This document shows positions 10,584-22,049 of a stretch of DNA of 52,376 nt, piece after piece. Positions within the stretch are counted from its first letter, which is position 1; the number at the start of each line of letters is the position of its first letter. The position numbers and the translations under genes are program-made. The DNA comes from Prasinococcaceae sp. CCMP 1430. Taxonomy: Eukaryota; Plantae; Prasinodermophyta. Below the pieces are notes generated by a model. The model had not been told where the DNA came from. It was given only the letters and a program-made list of their open reading frames with translations, and made no database searches. The stretch covers positions 70,888-123,263 of the forward strand of contig RQSC01000750.1 in the NCBI GenBank assembly GCA_013416795.1, written 5' to 3'.

Positions 10584-12216
10584 CTATTCGAGGGCGACGT
10601 CCGCGACGCGCAGGGCCTGCGCAAGGGCGACGGCGTAGGCCTGTGGCGTTTGACCGCAGGCGCCCGCATGGACACAGCGCGTCAGCAGAAGCAGGTGGCG
10701 CCGGCGAGCATAAACCCAAGCGCGCACGCGTGCACGCGTCTCTAAGCGCGACTCGGACCGAGCTCACCTTCGGGTTGCGGTAGAGCGGGCAGTTGTTCGC
10801 GCAGTGGAGCGGAAAGGTCGCATCCAGCGGGTCAACGCCGTGCGGGCAGGGGCATAGCGGCAACAGCTTTGCACCCGCGTTCGCTGCGCGTTCGGCAAGG
10901 CGCGCCTGCAGTGCCTCATGGTAGCGCGCGCGCTCGATGACGCGGCTCTCCGCGCGCACCTCGTCGGCAGCGGCCTCCGCCTCGGCGGCCGCCTCAGCTG
11001 CAAGCTCTGCGCGCGGGTGCGAGGCCAGCCGCGGGGGCGACAACGGAGTCAGCAGACGTGCAGTCTAGCGCGACTGCGGGCGTTCGCATTGGCGTTCGCA
11101 TGCATTGGCGATCGTGCGTACCGTTCGCCACAAGCTGTGCATCCTCCTCCGCCTCCTTCGCCGCGAGCGCAGCCGCCAGCTCTGCCTTGGCGACGCGCCT
11201 GGCCGCGGCCTTTGCGGCCGCCGCCCGCCTCTTCGCACGCGCAGTCTTCTCGGCACGCGCGCGCACTGTCGCGCGCTCCTCTGCTGCGCGCGCACGGCGC
11301 GCCAGCAGCGCACTGCTGCCCGCCTCGACCTGCGCGGCCGTGGTGAACGTGCCCTTGAACGCGAGGGCGGCGGGGGCGGTCGCCTTTTCCAACACCTGCG
11401 CAGGGCGCATGGGCGTGACGCATCGTTTGCGATGCGCGTGTAAGCGTAGGCCGCGGCACACAGGCAATGCCAGCGCTGGAGCAGGCGCCTTCATGCGAGC
11501 CGAATGGAACGGTCGCATTGTGACTTGCGGGAGAGGAGGGTGGAGCGCGCGCGTAGGTTCCCATGCAGGCGCGCTTGCGCGCTCCCTGCCATTCTCACGC
11601 CGCGCCGCACCTTGGTGCGCGTCGCGTCTGCGCGCGCAACCGCCGCTGCAGCGCGCGCGGACGGCAGCAGCGTGCGCCTCGCGCGCTCATCTGCCGCCGC
11701 AGCCGCCACATTCATGGGCGCTGAGGCCGCGCCGAGGCCCATCGTGTCGTCCCCGTCTCGTGGCGTGCCTACGACCAGCCACTGCCCTGTGGCGCGCGCC
11801 GCCTGTCGTCCGAAGGGTTGCTGCGGCGCGCCGCCGTCCATCGCCGAAGGCGCCGCCATGCGCAGGAGCTCGCGGCGCTCCTCCCCTATCTCCCTGGCAC
11901 GCCGCCGCGTCGCACGTTCGAACTCGCGCTGCCGCGCCTCCCGGGCGGCGCGCTTGTCGGCGGCGCGTGCCGCGAACGCTGCAGCGTCGGCGGCAGCGGC
12001 GCCGTCGACGCCAACAGTGATCGGCGCCGCGTTGGTCACCTCCACCTCCGCGCAGAGATCGCGCGGCGGCGGCGGCGCTGCCGCCGCGGGCGCGCCTCCC
12101 GGCGCGTGCCGCCGCACGGCGTAGCGCACCATCTCGAGCGAGCGGTTGTTTTCGACGAGCATGTTGGCCACTGCGCCGAGCGGCAGGGGGATGTTCGCGT
12201 CGCCCGCGTACGCCAT
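10584..12216 (-). CDS. CCDC15-like coiled-coil centriolar protein; exons 12216-11611, 11395-11122, 10997-10768, 10640-10584
   Basis: The C-terminus LLPLCPCPHGVDPLDATFPLHCANNCPLYRNPK|AYAVAL matches the recalled CCDC15 motif LPPLCxC...P..CANNC.FY.N...Y..AL. All four exons join in phase with GT..AG sites. Confidence 0.7.
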
Positions 12217-13069
12217 CGCGCGCGCGGGCGAGACACAGGGGGGAAGAGGTGGGGGGGGCGCCAGAAGAGGAGGCGGGCGTGTGCGCGTGCAAGGGAGGCG
12301 CGACCGGGCACGCCCCCGGCGCGCGCCGCGGCACCGCTCTGTGGCGCGCAGCCCGGCCAACCTGCGCCTGGCTGGCGCGCGCGCGCGCGCCGGGGGAACC
12401 GGAATTGCGAGAACTCCGCGAGAACTCGGGTGGCAAAGGTATCCCACCACTCGCATTTCACGGTACCGCAGATTCGATTGACAGATACAGAAAATGTTTT
12501 CGCGCTCCGTACAAAAATAAAAACGGGCCGGAAAACGCGCGACCCCAAAAGCGCGCGCGTGCGTTCTGATTGCCCGTTTTCCGCGCCGGCGGAACGCCAG
12601 CCCGCCTTCCGTAAAATAAAATAAAAAAACGACCGCATCTGGCCCATGGAGCAACGGTCGGGGGGCCGCGTCGGATCGAGGGCGGACGAGTGATCGTACT
12701 TTTGTGTGGTGGGTATATTTACCCACGGGCGAGCATGATAACCGTCCGTCAAAACAGCGTCCGCGTAGGTCAAAATCAACGTTCGGGGCGCGTTGGCACA
12801 CGTTGGAGCTGTCGGGGAGGGGGGGAGTGCGGCAGCAGTTCCCCGAGCGGCGTCGACGTGCGCCGACGGATGCGGGCGCAGCTGCGGCGCCGGCCGCGGC
12901 GGGCGACGTGGGCGCGGACGCGGGAGCGGGCGCGCGCTCGGCGGCGCGCGGGCCCTTCCGGCGCCGCGGGTCAAGCGAGCGAGCGAGGGGCGAGAAGACG
13001 GGGAGGGAGCAGTCGCCGCCGCCGGTACCGCGACCTGCGTCCGCGCCGCAGGCGGCGCTGGGGCTGCAC

Positions 13070-14261
13070 ATGATGGTGCAGGAACCGGCCACTGTGGAGT
13101 CTGTTGCGGCAGCTGTCGCTCGCATGGTGGCCGCCGTCGACGCGGCGCTCGCCCGGCTGGAGGCAGAGGCGGGGCCAGAGGCTGCCGCGCGTCGCCGCGC
13201 GCGCGTGCTCTCCCTGACGACGCTGGCGCCATCGCCCAATTCGGCGACAAGCGCCGCGCCCAGGCTTGGGGCTTTCTACACGCCGGCTCTGGGCACACCA
13301 CCAAGCCTATACGCGACGCCTGCGCCGATGACCGCCCTTGCACATGCGAAGGCGCCGACGACCATGCGTGACAAGAAGCAGCAGCAGCAGCAGTACTTTA
13401 CCCCACTGCCGTCCGCCAGGGCGAACGCAGCGCCGACGTCTGTGCCCGCACCCGCGAGCGCCGCGTCGGACACTTCGTCCGCGCACGGCAACACGCTCCG
13501 CGACGTGCACGTGCACGTCCACGCGCCGGGGCCAGGTGGTGGCGAGGCGGGGCCGAGCGGGGTGCTTGGGGGAGCCGAGGTGACGCTGCGCAGCGGTGAC
13601 GAGTCGGATGCGTCGGTTGACGCGCTTCTTAGCAAGCTCCGCACGCGCATCGCGTCGGCTGACACGGTCTCGCAGGTGGATGCGCCCGGCGTGGACATTT
13701 GCATCAATACTGTCGGGTCACCACAGACGCCCGCGGCACTCACGATGAGAGAGGGGGGCGGCACACCCATCTCCTCCATTCCGCGCTACCGCGAGCTGAT
13801 CGCTGACAGGGTCCTCATGTCGGCCGCAAGCAAGGCTTTGGAGGGGCCCGACGCGCTCACGAGGTGCGGCGCGCGCGGAGCGAAGGGAGGGGTGCGCGAA
13901 GGAGTGGGGAGAGGAGGCGCGCGTGCGTGTGAGTGGATATGTCTCGCGTGTACGCAGCAGCGAGTGCGTGGTGTATGACTGCTCGCATGACTGATTCGCT
14001 CACCACTTTCGCTCTGCTCCCCGCCACACACCACGCCGCATTCACCGCGTCTCCGCAAACAGGCAAGTGGAGGAGTTTCGCGAGCGCAACACGCCCTCCA
14101 ATCGTAAACGCGACATCGCCCACCGCGCGGCGCTCGCGCGGTGGTCCAAGATCGCTTCATCGCCCTCCAAAAAAGGTGGCCTCATGGTCGGCGACAGCCC
14201 GGGCACGCGCGGTGGTGACATAGCGAGCGTCTCCAAGAGGGTGACTTGGGGCTCGCCTTGA
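13070..14261 (+). CDS. Hypothetical low-complexity protein; exons 13070-13863 and 14063-14261
   Basis: Long open frame; phase-2 GT..AG intron 13864-14062 joins in frame to QVEEFRERNTPSNRKRDI...VTWGSP*. The start may lie further upstream. Confidence 0.55.
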
Positions 14262-14526
14262 CTCGATCGTCTCGAGACAGGACACGGCTATAATATTTCG
14301 AACTTTGCACACAGAGGGTCGACTCTCAGCGCGCAGCTGCAGCATTGTGCCGGGGACGATAGCCTTCGAGGCTGATGTCACGTTTACAGGTGTTGCGTTG
14401 AATACATATCACCAGGACGTTCTGAGCACCCGCTTGTTCTCCGATGGTCGATAGCGCCAGCGTAGCCGCAGGCTCGCTTCGTCTTCGATGGTCTGTGAGC
14501 GCCGCATCGCGCGCGCGCGTTGTGCC

Positions 14527-15678
14527 TTAGAGCAGGACTTGGTGGAGCACGAAGCTGGTGCTGTCCCCAGGCCAGCGCGGAATGATACCCCGCATCCACA
14601 ACGTGTTGGCCTGCGCGCGCAGCTTCTTGTACGTGGCCTTCAGCTTCTTGGTGTCGGCGATGGTGACACTCGTGCGCTTACGCTTCAGAAGCACGCCCTT
14701 GCGTTTGACATAGCCGGGTCGGCGAAGCAGTACTGATGGGACGAGTTCTGGATTATCTCCAGCTTTTGCAACGACAATTGCCGCCGCGACAGCAGTGGAT
14801 GCGGTCGTGCATCTCGCCGTGGCTTCGGGGTCGTCTTCGGCGACGGTGGGGGGCATGAAATGAGCAGAAGAGGTGCCAGCGTCCATTTCTTTCGGCGTCA
14901 GGGCCCGAGCTGGCGGAGCAGTGTTGTTTCCATCTCCTGCCTCGCCGCTTGTGCTGCTGATCAGGGAAACATGTCTTCCCATTGCCTGTTTCGGAGCCCA
15001 CCGGCCATCCGCGCCGCGTCGGGAGTGGCGAGCAGCGCTCGTCTTCGTCCGCTCCGCGTCGACTTTCACCTGATGCGTCAATTGTACTGCGACCGACCCC
15101 GCGCGGGCTTGGTCGTAGGGCGAGGACACAGCGCCGCTCATCTTGGTCGACCATGAGGAGTGTGGCCGCTCCTGCGTCTCCCTCGCCGCGAGCCCTGGCG
15201 GCAGGTCGCCAAAGTCGTTGGATGGCAATGCCAAGAGAGCATTGGTCGACATCGTCGCTGTGCCTACCGCCGGTGTCCCCGCCCCTGCCTCCCTTCTTGT
15301 CGCACTCACGAAGAGCCCGCCTTCAATCTGGTGGCCACCTCCGCCTCCAGGCGCCCCGCGACCGCCTTGCTTCTGGGGTTGTCGTAGCCCCGGCCCTGGT
15401 CCGTCGTTGGACGCCGCAGCGGCGTGCAGCGCTTTCGAGTCATCGGCGTCGTCGCGGAGAGCGAGCTGCGAGCCCCGGCGCCTCGCCTCAGCGACCTCGG
15501 CGGCGCTCACGTGGTAACCGAGCAGGCGCAGGTACTCCCCAGCGGCCGCCGACTCGCAACTCCAAGCATTCCTGAGTGGCGCCGACGTCACGGCAGTGGG
15601 CAACTTCGCGCGGACGGGCCTGGTCTTCTTCCGCCGCGCCGCGCCGCGCAAGGGTCTAGGCGCCAGCGACGCCGACAT
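14527..15678 (-). CDS. Hypothetical protein (383 aa, mostly disordered, with a basic C-terminal helical segment)
   Basis: ATG-initiated single ORF; TGTAA on the minus strand at 14384-14388. Confidence 0.55.
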   Translation of the reverse strand: MSASLAPRPLRGAARRKKTRPVRAKLPTAVTSAPLRNAWSCESAAAGEYLRLLGYHVSAAEVAEARRRGSQLALRDDADDSKALHAAAASNDGPGPGLRQPQKQGGRGAPGGGGGHQIEGGLFVSATRREAGAGTPAVGTATMSTNALLALPSNDFGDLPPGLAARETQERPHSSWSTKMSGAVSSPYDQARAGSVAVQLTHQVKVDAERTKTSAARHSRRGADGRWAPKQAMGRHVSLISSTSGEAGDGNNTAPPARALTPKEMDAGTSSAHFMPPTVAEDDPEATARCTTASTAVAAAIVVAKAGDNPELVPSVLLRRPGYVKRKGVLLKRKRTSVTIADTKKLKATYKKLRAQANTLWMRGIIPRWPGDSTSFVLHQVLL

Positions 15679-16059
15679 GTCTGTGCGTGCCTGGCCGTGT
15701 CAGGCTCCTTCCTCGGCGTCCTCAGTCTTGTGCGGGACTCGAAAACGAAAACGCAGACTGCAGAAAAACGCCAACGCCGCGGAGGCGGAGAATTGACGGG
15801 CGCCCCTCGAACAAAAGCGAACAGCGGGCCCGGACTCCTGCCTCACCTCGAATCCCCACCCCGCCCGCGCACACACTTCCCCTCCCGCCTTACCAAGTCG
15901 TCGATGGCCGCCGCCCTTCACCCCCGCATTCCCCGCGCCGGCAGCGTGCGCCGCGCAGGGTGTGGCGCACGCGCACGCGCGCGGCGCCTGCGCCGTTCGA
16001 AAGTTTGACAAGTTTAGACAATTGACAAGTTTACACACATTTTGGTACACGTCCGGCGA

Positions 16060-17781
16060 TCACCGCACGGGCCCCCAGTGCGCGGGCGGCAGCAGCGTCC
16101 AGCGCGCGACGCCGCGCACCGATCGGTCGCGCACGGCGCCGAAGAGCGCACTGTCGGTCGACGCGCCGCGGTTGTCGCCGAGCACGAACGCCGCGCCAGG
16201 CGGCACCACGCCGGGGCCAACGTCGTACGACACCTCCGGAGCGCAGCCGGGGCGCTCCCTCGGGACGGCGACGCATGCCTCGTGCGGGCGCGGCGACTCG
16301 CGCACGCCATTGATGGATACGGCGCCGCCCTTGATGGCGACAGCATCCCCCCCTGACGCCACCAGTCGCTTGAAAAGTCGAGCGCCGCGCGGAGGCTCGG
16401 GCCGCCCCGCGTCGCGCGCGATCTGCCGCAACGCATTGGGTGCGTCCAGCCACACGACTGGCGCGGTCGTCGGCTGCAGCTTCCCCCTCGGCTCAAGCGC
16501 GTCCCGCACGGTCCCCGCTCGCGTGTCGACGAGCACGATGTCATGCGGGTAGAGCGTTGGCAGCATGGAGGGGCCTTCGACATCGACCACCCGGAATGGC
16601 AGCGCGTACGCGGTCAGCAGCAGCGGCAGGGCGGCGGCTCCCGCGCCGACGCGGGTCGCTCCCGCGAGCTCGCTCGCGATGGAGTGCAGCTGCACTGCAT
16701 CAACATTCACCTCAATGGCCCCCCAGGGTGTGCACGCGGGATGTGCGAGCGTGGCAATCATCTCCCAGCCACCGCATGCCGCAGGCGACGTTTGCATTGG
16801 GGGCGCCTCGCCGAGCTCTCGCGCAGCGACACGAGGCTCGCCACGCGCGTAGCGCGCGCCGCGCGGCCGCCACTCGAGCGCTCGTACGTCGTAGCGCACG
16901 CCAGCGAACATGCCCAGTCGCCGCGCGGTGACGCCGGGCACTGCCTCGCCACCTACGCGCACGGTATCTGCATCGGCATCCCGGACTGCGCCGCGCATCG
17001 CCCCGAGTGTGGCGTTGCCAGCACCCACCGCGTATCCCAACGCCGCGCGGAGGCTCGCCGTGTCGGCTGCCGCTCGTTCGAGCGTGCTTCCCCCGTCTCG
17101 CACGAAGCGGACGTGCGAGGCAGCATCACCCGCGCGCACTGCAAACGTCGCGACCGTCTCGCCGTCGTCTCGCGCGCCGGCGTCGACGAGGCGTGCGTAG
17201 GTGTCGCGCCCCTCGGCGGCGAAGGCTCTCGCGCGCATGGGCAACAGCGCGGCAAGGGCCGCGTTGACGTACGGCGCAGTCACCCCGGCACTCTCCGCCT
17301 CGCAGTGGTACTCGTACGCGCTCCAGCCGTACGAATTGCGCGCAGTCGGGTCGGCGCCCGCCTCCAGAAGGTACTCGACGGCTTTCGCGTGCCGGCGTTC
17401 GGCGGCGTGCATGAGCGCCGTCGAGCCGTTTCGGTCGCGCGCATCCACCCCGTTCGCCGCCCGGCCGCCATGCCCATCGTCCTGCGCCTCCTCATCCCGG
17501 CCCTCCCTGCGCCTCGCATCAGCGAGCGCGCGCCGTATGCCGCCGACGTCGCCACGCCGCGCCGCACGGTGCGGCCGCGGACGGCCCTCGCGCCACCTCC
17601 CGCGCCTCCGCGACGCTCCGCGACCCCCCTCAACCCCCGCCCAACCACCGCCACCACCCCGGGGCGCCGCGCGCGCTCGCCCTGTGGCGCAGCAGTTGCC
17701 CGAGAGCGCAGAACCCACGCGAGCTCGCGCGCATCCGCCTGAACCCAAACCCCACAAAAACCAAATCAAATTAGAAATCAT
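16060..17781 (-). CDS. Ankyrin-repeat + peptidase S26 (type I signal peptidase, thylakoid/LepB-like) protein; true start uncertain
   Basis: Ankyrin VDARDRNGSTALMHAAERRHAKAVEYLLEAGADPTARNSYGWSA. Hydrophobic stretch, then VEGPSMLPTL (catalytic Ser), LFKRLVA (catalytic Lys) and FVLGDNRGASTDS (boxes D/E). TGTAA at 16031-16035 (minus). Confidence 0.8.
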   Translation of the reverse strand: MISNLIWFLWGLGSGGCARARVGSALSGNCCATGRARAAPRGGGGGWAGVEGGRGASRRRGRWREGRPRPHRAARRGDVGGIRRALADARRREGRDEEAQDDGHGGRAANGVDARDRNGSTALMHAAERRHAKAVEYLLEAGADPTARNSYGWSAYEYHCEAESAGVTAPYVNAALAALLPMRARAFAAEGRDTYARLVDAGARDDGETVATFAVRAGDAASHVRFVRDGGSTLERAAADTASLRAALGYAVGAGNATLGAMRGAVRDADADTVRVGGEAVPGVTARRLGMFAGVRYDVRALEWRPRGARYARGEPRVAARELGEAPPMQTSPAACGGWEMIATLAHPACTPWGAIEVNVDAVQLHSIASELAGATRVGAGAAALPLLLTAYALPFRVVDVEGPSMLPTLYPHDIVLVDTRAGTVRDALEPRGKLQPTTAPVVWLDAPNALRQIARDAGRPEPPRGARLFKRLVASGGDAVAIKGGAVSINGVRESPRPHEACVAVPRERPGCAPEVSYDVGPGVVPPGAAFVLGDNRGASTDSALFGAVRDRSVRGVARWTLLPPAHWGPVR

Positions 17782-18425
17782 ATCAACTCCTGATTTTTAA
17801 TAACCCTATTTATGAAATAACCTTAAATAATTGGCTGCTGTCGCACCTCGACCTCTCGAGGCATCTCTCCGTCCCGGCGCTTTCAAACCTGCCCCGCGGC
17901 CCCGCGGCGAAGTCTCGTTCCCCCGGTCGCCCCGCGCGTGTCCCCGAGTCGCGCCCCCGTCCGGCGGAGGGCCATCCCATCCCCTGCCGCCGGCCCGAGC
18001 GATTGTACCGGGGACGCCCCAGGCGACCCCGGGGTCTTTTGAGCTGGACTCGGCCATGGATCGAGCGTCGATATCGGTAGGTACATGTGATGTGTGGACC
18101 GTCTGACTGCTGGTACAGACAGAGACGGACAGACAGTACAGCCGGCGGTGGCGCCAAAAGTCTCCATGAGTAGCCCGGGTAAAGGGCTGCGCACCCTGGC
18201 CGAGCGGCGCGCGCTGGAACCATTCTTAGGCGGGCGTGAATCCGCCTGGCGGGGAGTACGATTTTAAAGAAGGACCCCTCTGCACAGTGCAGTGTAAGTA
18301 AGAAGACTTCTTATTATGTTGTAACCCGAACCGATTCGGTCCCATTTAGGGTATGGTTCGGTAGGGTACACTTTTGGGAAAACCCGCGCAAAAGCGCGCC
18401 GCGGGAAGGAAGGGAAGGGAAGGCC

Positions 18426-18442
18426 AAAAAAAAAAAAAAAAA
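18426..18442 (+). promoter_or_regulatory. Poly(dA) tract in a divergent promoter region; similar tracts at 37018-37048, 41258-41270 and 41481-41494
   Basis: A13-A31 runs in GC-rich intergenic DNA between divergently oriented genes. A nucleosome-exclusion role is inferred from yeast/plant precedent. Confidence 0.45.
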
Positions 18443-19239
18443 GGGGGGGCCGCGGCGGCGGCCGATCGCCGGGGCGGCCATCAGAACGCATGGGGTTCGG
18501 ACGGGCGCGCGCGCGCGCGAGGGCGTGCGCGCCCGCCGCAGCAGGGCGCGCGTGTGGCGCGCCCGCGCGCGCGCGATCCGCTTGGGACCCCCACTCGGTC
18601 GCGCTCACGGCCCGCGCTGCAAAGAGGCACAGCCCCGACCCCATTTCATTTTAATTCAGTTTGACATCCTCTATACTGTTTATGAACGTATCGTGCCACG
18701 CGAACGCGCGCGCGACGGCTTCGTGATGGAACTCTCAAGAACATATCATGGAAGGTCAATTCGTATTCCACTTCGAGAGATCTCGGGGCTGCCATGCCGC
18801 TGGGAGGGGAGGGGGACGATGGTGCGCCCCGTCAACCGCAGGTCAAATCGCACGCGGTGGGAGGACGCGCCTGCTTTCTGATGGGCGTGAAGTGGACCCC
18901 GCGGAAAAGCACGCTCGAAAATTAAACTCTGTTTTTTCCCCGTGATGTTGCGCAATACGATTCACAATAATCACATCAAAATACTTTTCTGAAACAATTT
19001 GCGCGCTTTCGCTGGTGATCTGGCGCCGCCGCCGGGGCGACAAAACTCTCGCGACACTCGAAAACGGCACCGCCGCGCGATGTGAGGGTGCTATTTGACA
19101 TGCGCTTCCGGGAGCAGTGTCATTCGAAATGCGCATCTGTGTTTTTGTGTTAGGGCCGCGGCGGCGGCTGGCGAGGGCGCGTGCGCTCTCGCGCGCCACA
19201 CAGCGCGCCGTTGCGCTTGTCTCAGCTCCGCCGGCCACC

Positions 19240-21718
19240 ATGGTGCGTGGTAGCGCTGGGGCGATGGTGGCGGGGAGTGCGCGCCGGTGGCGCCCGCCCG
19301 CCCACCCTCCTGCCCTCCCGCACGCATGCGCCTGGTCACATCGCCGCGCCGCACACCGCGCGCGCGCATTCGAAACACCCCCGTTCGAAAGCCGGCCGGG
19401 CCCGGCCGAACGCCGGCCCCCCTTGGGCAGATCCGTTTCTGGGCCCTCGGCCGCGGGCGGCCAAGCGGCACGCGCGAGAGCGCCAACCGATCCGCCCGGG
19501 AAACATCCGGATTCGATCGCGCCGCGGCCCTGCAGCAGCAGTCCCACCTTTCCTTCTTTGTTCGATGTTCGTGTCGGGACATACATCCGGTATCGCGCGT
19601 GCATTTGACGGCTTCGCAAGGAAGCAGCCCGGGGCAAGGTGTGACGTCATCTGGGTTGCGTGCCCGCACTTTCCCAGAGCGGGAGTGGGGGGAAAAGATC
19701 GCTGCGACGCCGCCGGGCGCCACGCGTGCGCGCGAGGTAGGTCAAATCGAACGCAATCGGTTTTTTTTTAGCGCGCCCGCCCGCCCCGCGCGCCCGCGCG
19801 CCGCATGCTGCGTGCTGACCACCCGCCCCGCCCGCCTCGTCCTCACAGGTGTTCGGCAAGGTTGTCAAGAACAAGGCCTACTTCAAGCGCTACCAGGTCA
19901 AGTACCGCAGGCGCAGGGGTGCGTGCGCGCGCGCGCGCGCGTCGGCGGCGGCTCCATTTTCTTTTTTCCTGCGTCCCCTCGCGGCTGCCGGCCCGCGCAC
20001 GCGGCGGGCGCGGGCAGGCTCCCGCGACGCGGCGCAGTCTCGGCTGGGGGGCGGGGCGGGCAGGTGGGCGAGTTGCGTGCCCTTGTCGCCGCGCAGGGCG
20101 TGTGCTAAGCGGGAGGGGCGTGAACCTGCCGCGCGCGGGCGACTGGCGCGCAGTCGCCCGCGCCAGCGCTAGCCGCGCGGGGCACGCTGGGGTGGCGGGC
20201 GGTGGTGCGGGCCTTGCCGGCGGAGGGGACACAGGCGGGACCGCCAGGCTACCGCCGAGCCCTCGCTGGTGTCGGCGCCGCTTGCGCTTGCATTCGATCG
20301 ATCGAATGTGAAGGGAGTGTGCTGAGCGACACCCGTGCGGGGGCTCGTGCTGACGCGCTCTCGCGCTCCGTGCTGCCGCGGACCTCGCAGAGGGTAAGAC
20401 CGACTACCGCCAGCGCCTCAAGCTTGTGCGCCAGGACAAGAACAAGTACTCGTCGCCCAAGTACCGCTTCTGCGTGCGCTTCACCAACAAGGACATCGTG
20501 TGCCAGATCATCTACGCGACGATCGCGGGCGACAAGACCGTCTGCGCCGCGTACAGCCACGAGCTGCCCAAGTACGGCCTCAAGGTCGGCCTCACCAACT
20601 ACGCCGCGGCGTACTGCACTGGCCTGCTCTGCGCCCGCCGCGCGCTCCAGAAGTTCGGCCTCGACGAGATCTACGAGGGCTGCACCGAGCCGGACGGCGA
20701 GGACTTCCACGTCGAGGAGGTCGACGGCGAGAAGCGCCCCTTCCGCTGCCTGCTGGACGTCGGCCTGCGCGCGACCAACCGCGGTGGCCGCGTGTGGGGT
20801 GCGCTCAAGGTATGTGGTCAGGGCGCCATGAAGGGCGGGGGGAAGGTGTTGTGTGTGTGCGCCGCTGCACTCGCGGCGCGTGCGACGAAACACAACGCGA
20901 TACGCGCGCGTGCGAGGTCGAACTTCTGGCGCTGGCACGCCAAGCGCACGGTCCGCTCGTGCGCTTGTGCCTTCGCCACTCCGCACGCGCGTGTGCCCCC
21001 TGGGGGACTGCGCGGGCGCCGGCCGCCACGGCCGCCGCCCCGCTGCATCTCCGGATCCATCTGCGAGCGCGCCGGCGCCCGGCTGTGCCTCTAGTCTTTG
21101 TGTGCGTGCGTGTGTGCGCCGCCCCACTGCGGATGACGAGCAACTGGATTCCCCTTCGGGACGAACAGGATGACCGATCACTTCCAAAACCGTATGAATT
21201 TCTTCACCCGACGCATTGGGCGCTAGAAATGCAAGCGCGCCTGAGCGTTTGTGGTCGGAGCCCTTCCGCTACAGTTGTGCTGACTGTCCGCGTGTTTGCC
21301 CTTTCAACGCGTGTGCGAATCTCAACAGGGCGCGTGCGACGGTGGCCTCGACATCCCGCACAACGAGAAGCGCTACCCGGGCTACGACCCCGATGACAAG
21401 ACCCTCGACGCTGAGGACCACGCGCGTTACATCTTCGGCCAGAACGTGGCCGAGTACATGGCGCTGCTCGAGGAGGATGATCCGGAGATGCTCAAGAAGC
21501 ACTTCGCCAGCTACCTGAAGGAGGGCCTCAGCTCGGACGACCTCGAGGACCTCTACGCCGAGGTGCACGAGAAGATCCGCGAGGACCCCTCGTTCACGCC
21601 CACGGAGAAGAAGAAGCCCGCGGAGCCCAAGAAGTGGCAGAAGATCCGCCTCACCTACGACGAGCGCAAGGCCGCGCTCAAGGAGCGCCTCGCCGCCATC
21701 GCCGAGATGGCCGAGTAG
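19240..21718 (+). CDS. RPL5: 60S ribosomal protein L5 (uL18); exons 19240-19242 (ATG only), 19849-19918, 20391-20809, 21329-21718
   Basis: M|[23 protein letters not shown]|[26 protein letters not shown]...GRVWGALK|[19 protein letters not shown]. The start context is GCCACCATG|GTGCGT and all introns are GT..AG in phase. Confidence 0.97.
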
Positions 21719-22049
21719 GGCGGAGGCGACAGTGGCTCGCCACTGTGACGCGCGCTGCACGCCAGTGGGATGCAGCGCGTGGCTTCCACGCCTGGCTCTA
21801 AGAGCGTGCGCTGCTCAGCAGCGGGGGCAATCTAATGAACGGCACTGGCCGCAGTGCTCGCCTCGCGCTCTCGAGTGATGGACCTTCTACGCAGCTTAAC
21901 GGGGAAAATTTACAACACAGCTCGCACGCCACCACGTGCCGCGGCGCGCCGCGCCGCGCCACAAGCGCAACGCATTGGCTGCGCTGAGGGACCGATCGTC
22001 GAGCCTCCTTGGCGGCCCACGACACGCACACGCCATAGAGTCTGGCCAT

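Noticed and set aside
18191-18246. tRNA-like element (perfect A-box TGGCCGAGCGG at 18197-18207, GGCGG/CCGCC T-arm-like hairpin)
   Set aside because: The B-box is degenerate (GGCGTGAATCC), the acceptor stem cannot pair and there is no anticodon arm; at most a decayed tRNA/SINE relic.
18240-18262. CCGCCTGG..GGAGTACG resembling a 16S rRNA conserved segment
   Set aside because: Short, gapped match with no flanking rRNA similarity.
20291-20308. Perfect 18-nt palindrome CATTCGATCGATCGAATG in RPL5 intron 2
   Set aside because: Isolated; built on a TCGA repeat, with no accompanying boxes or repeats.
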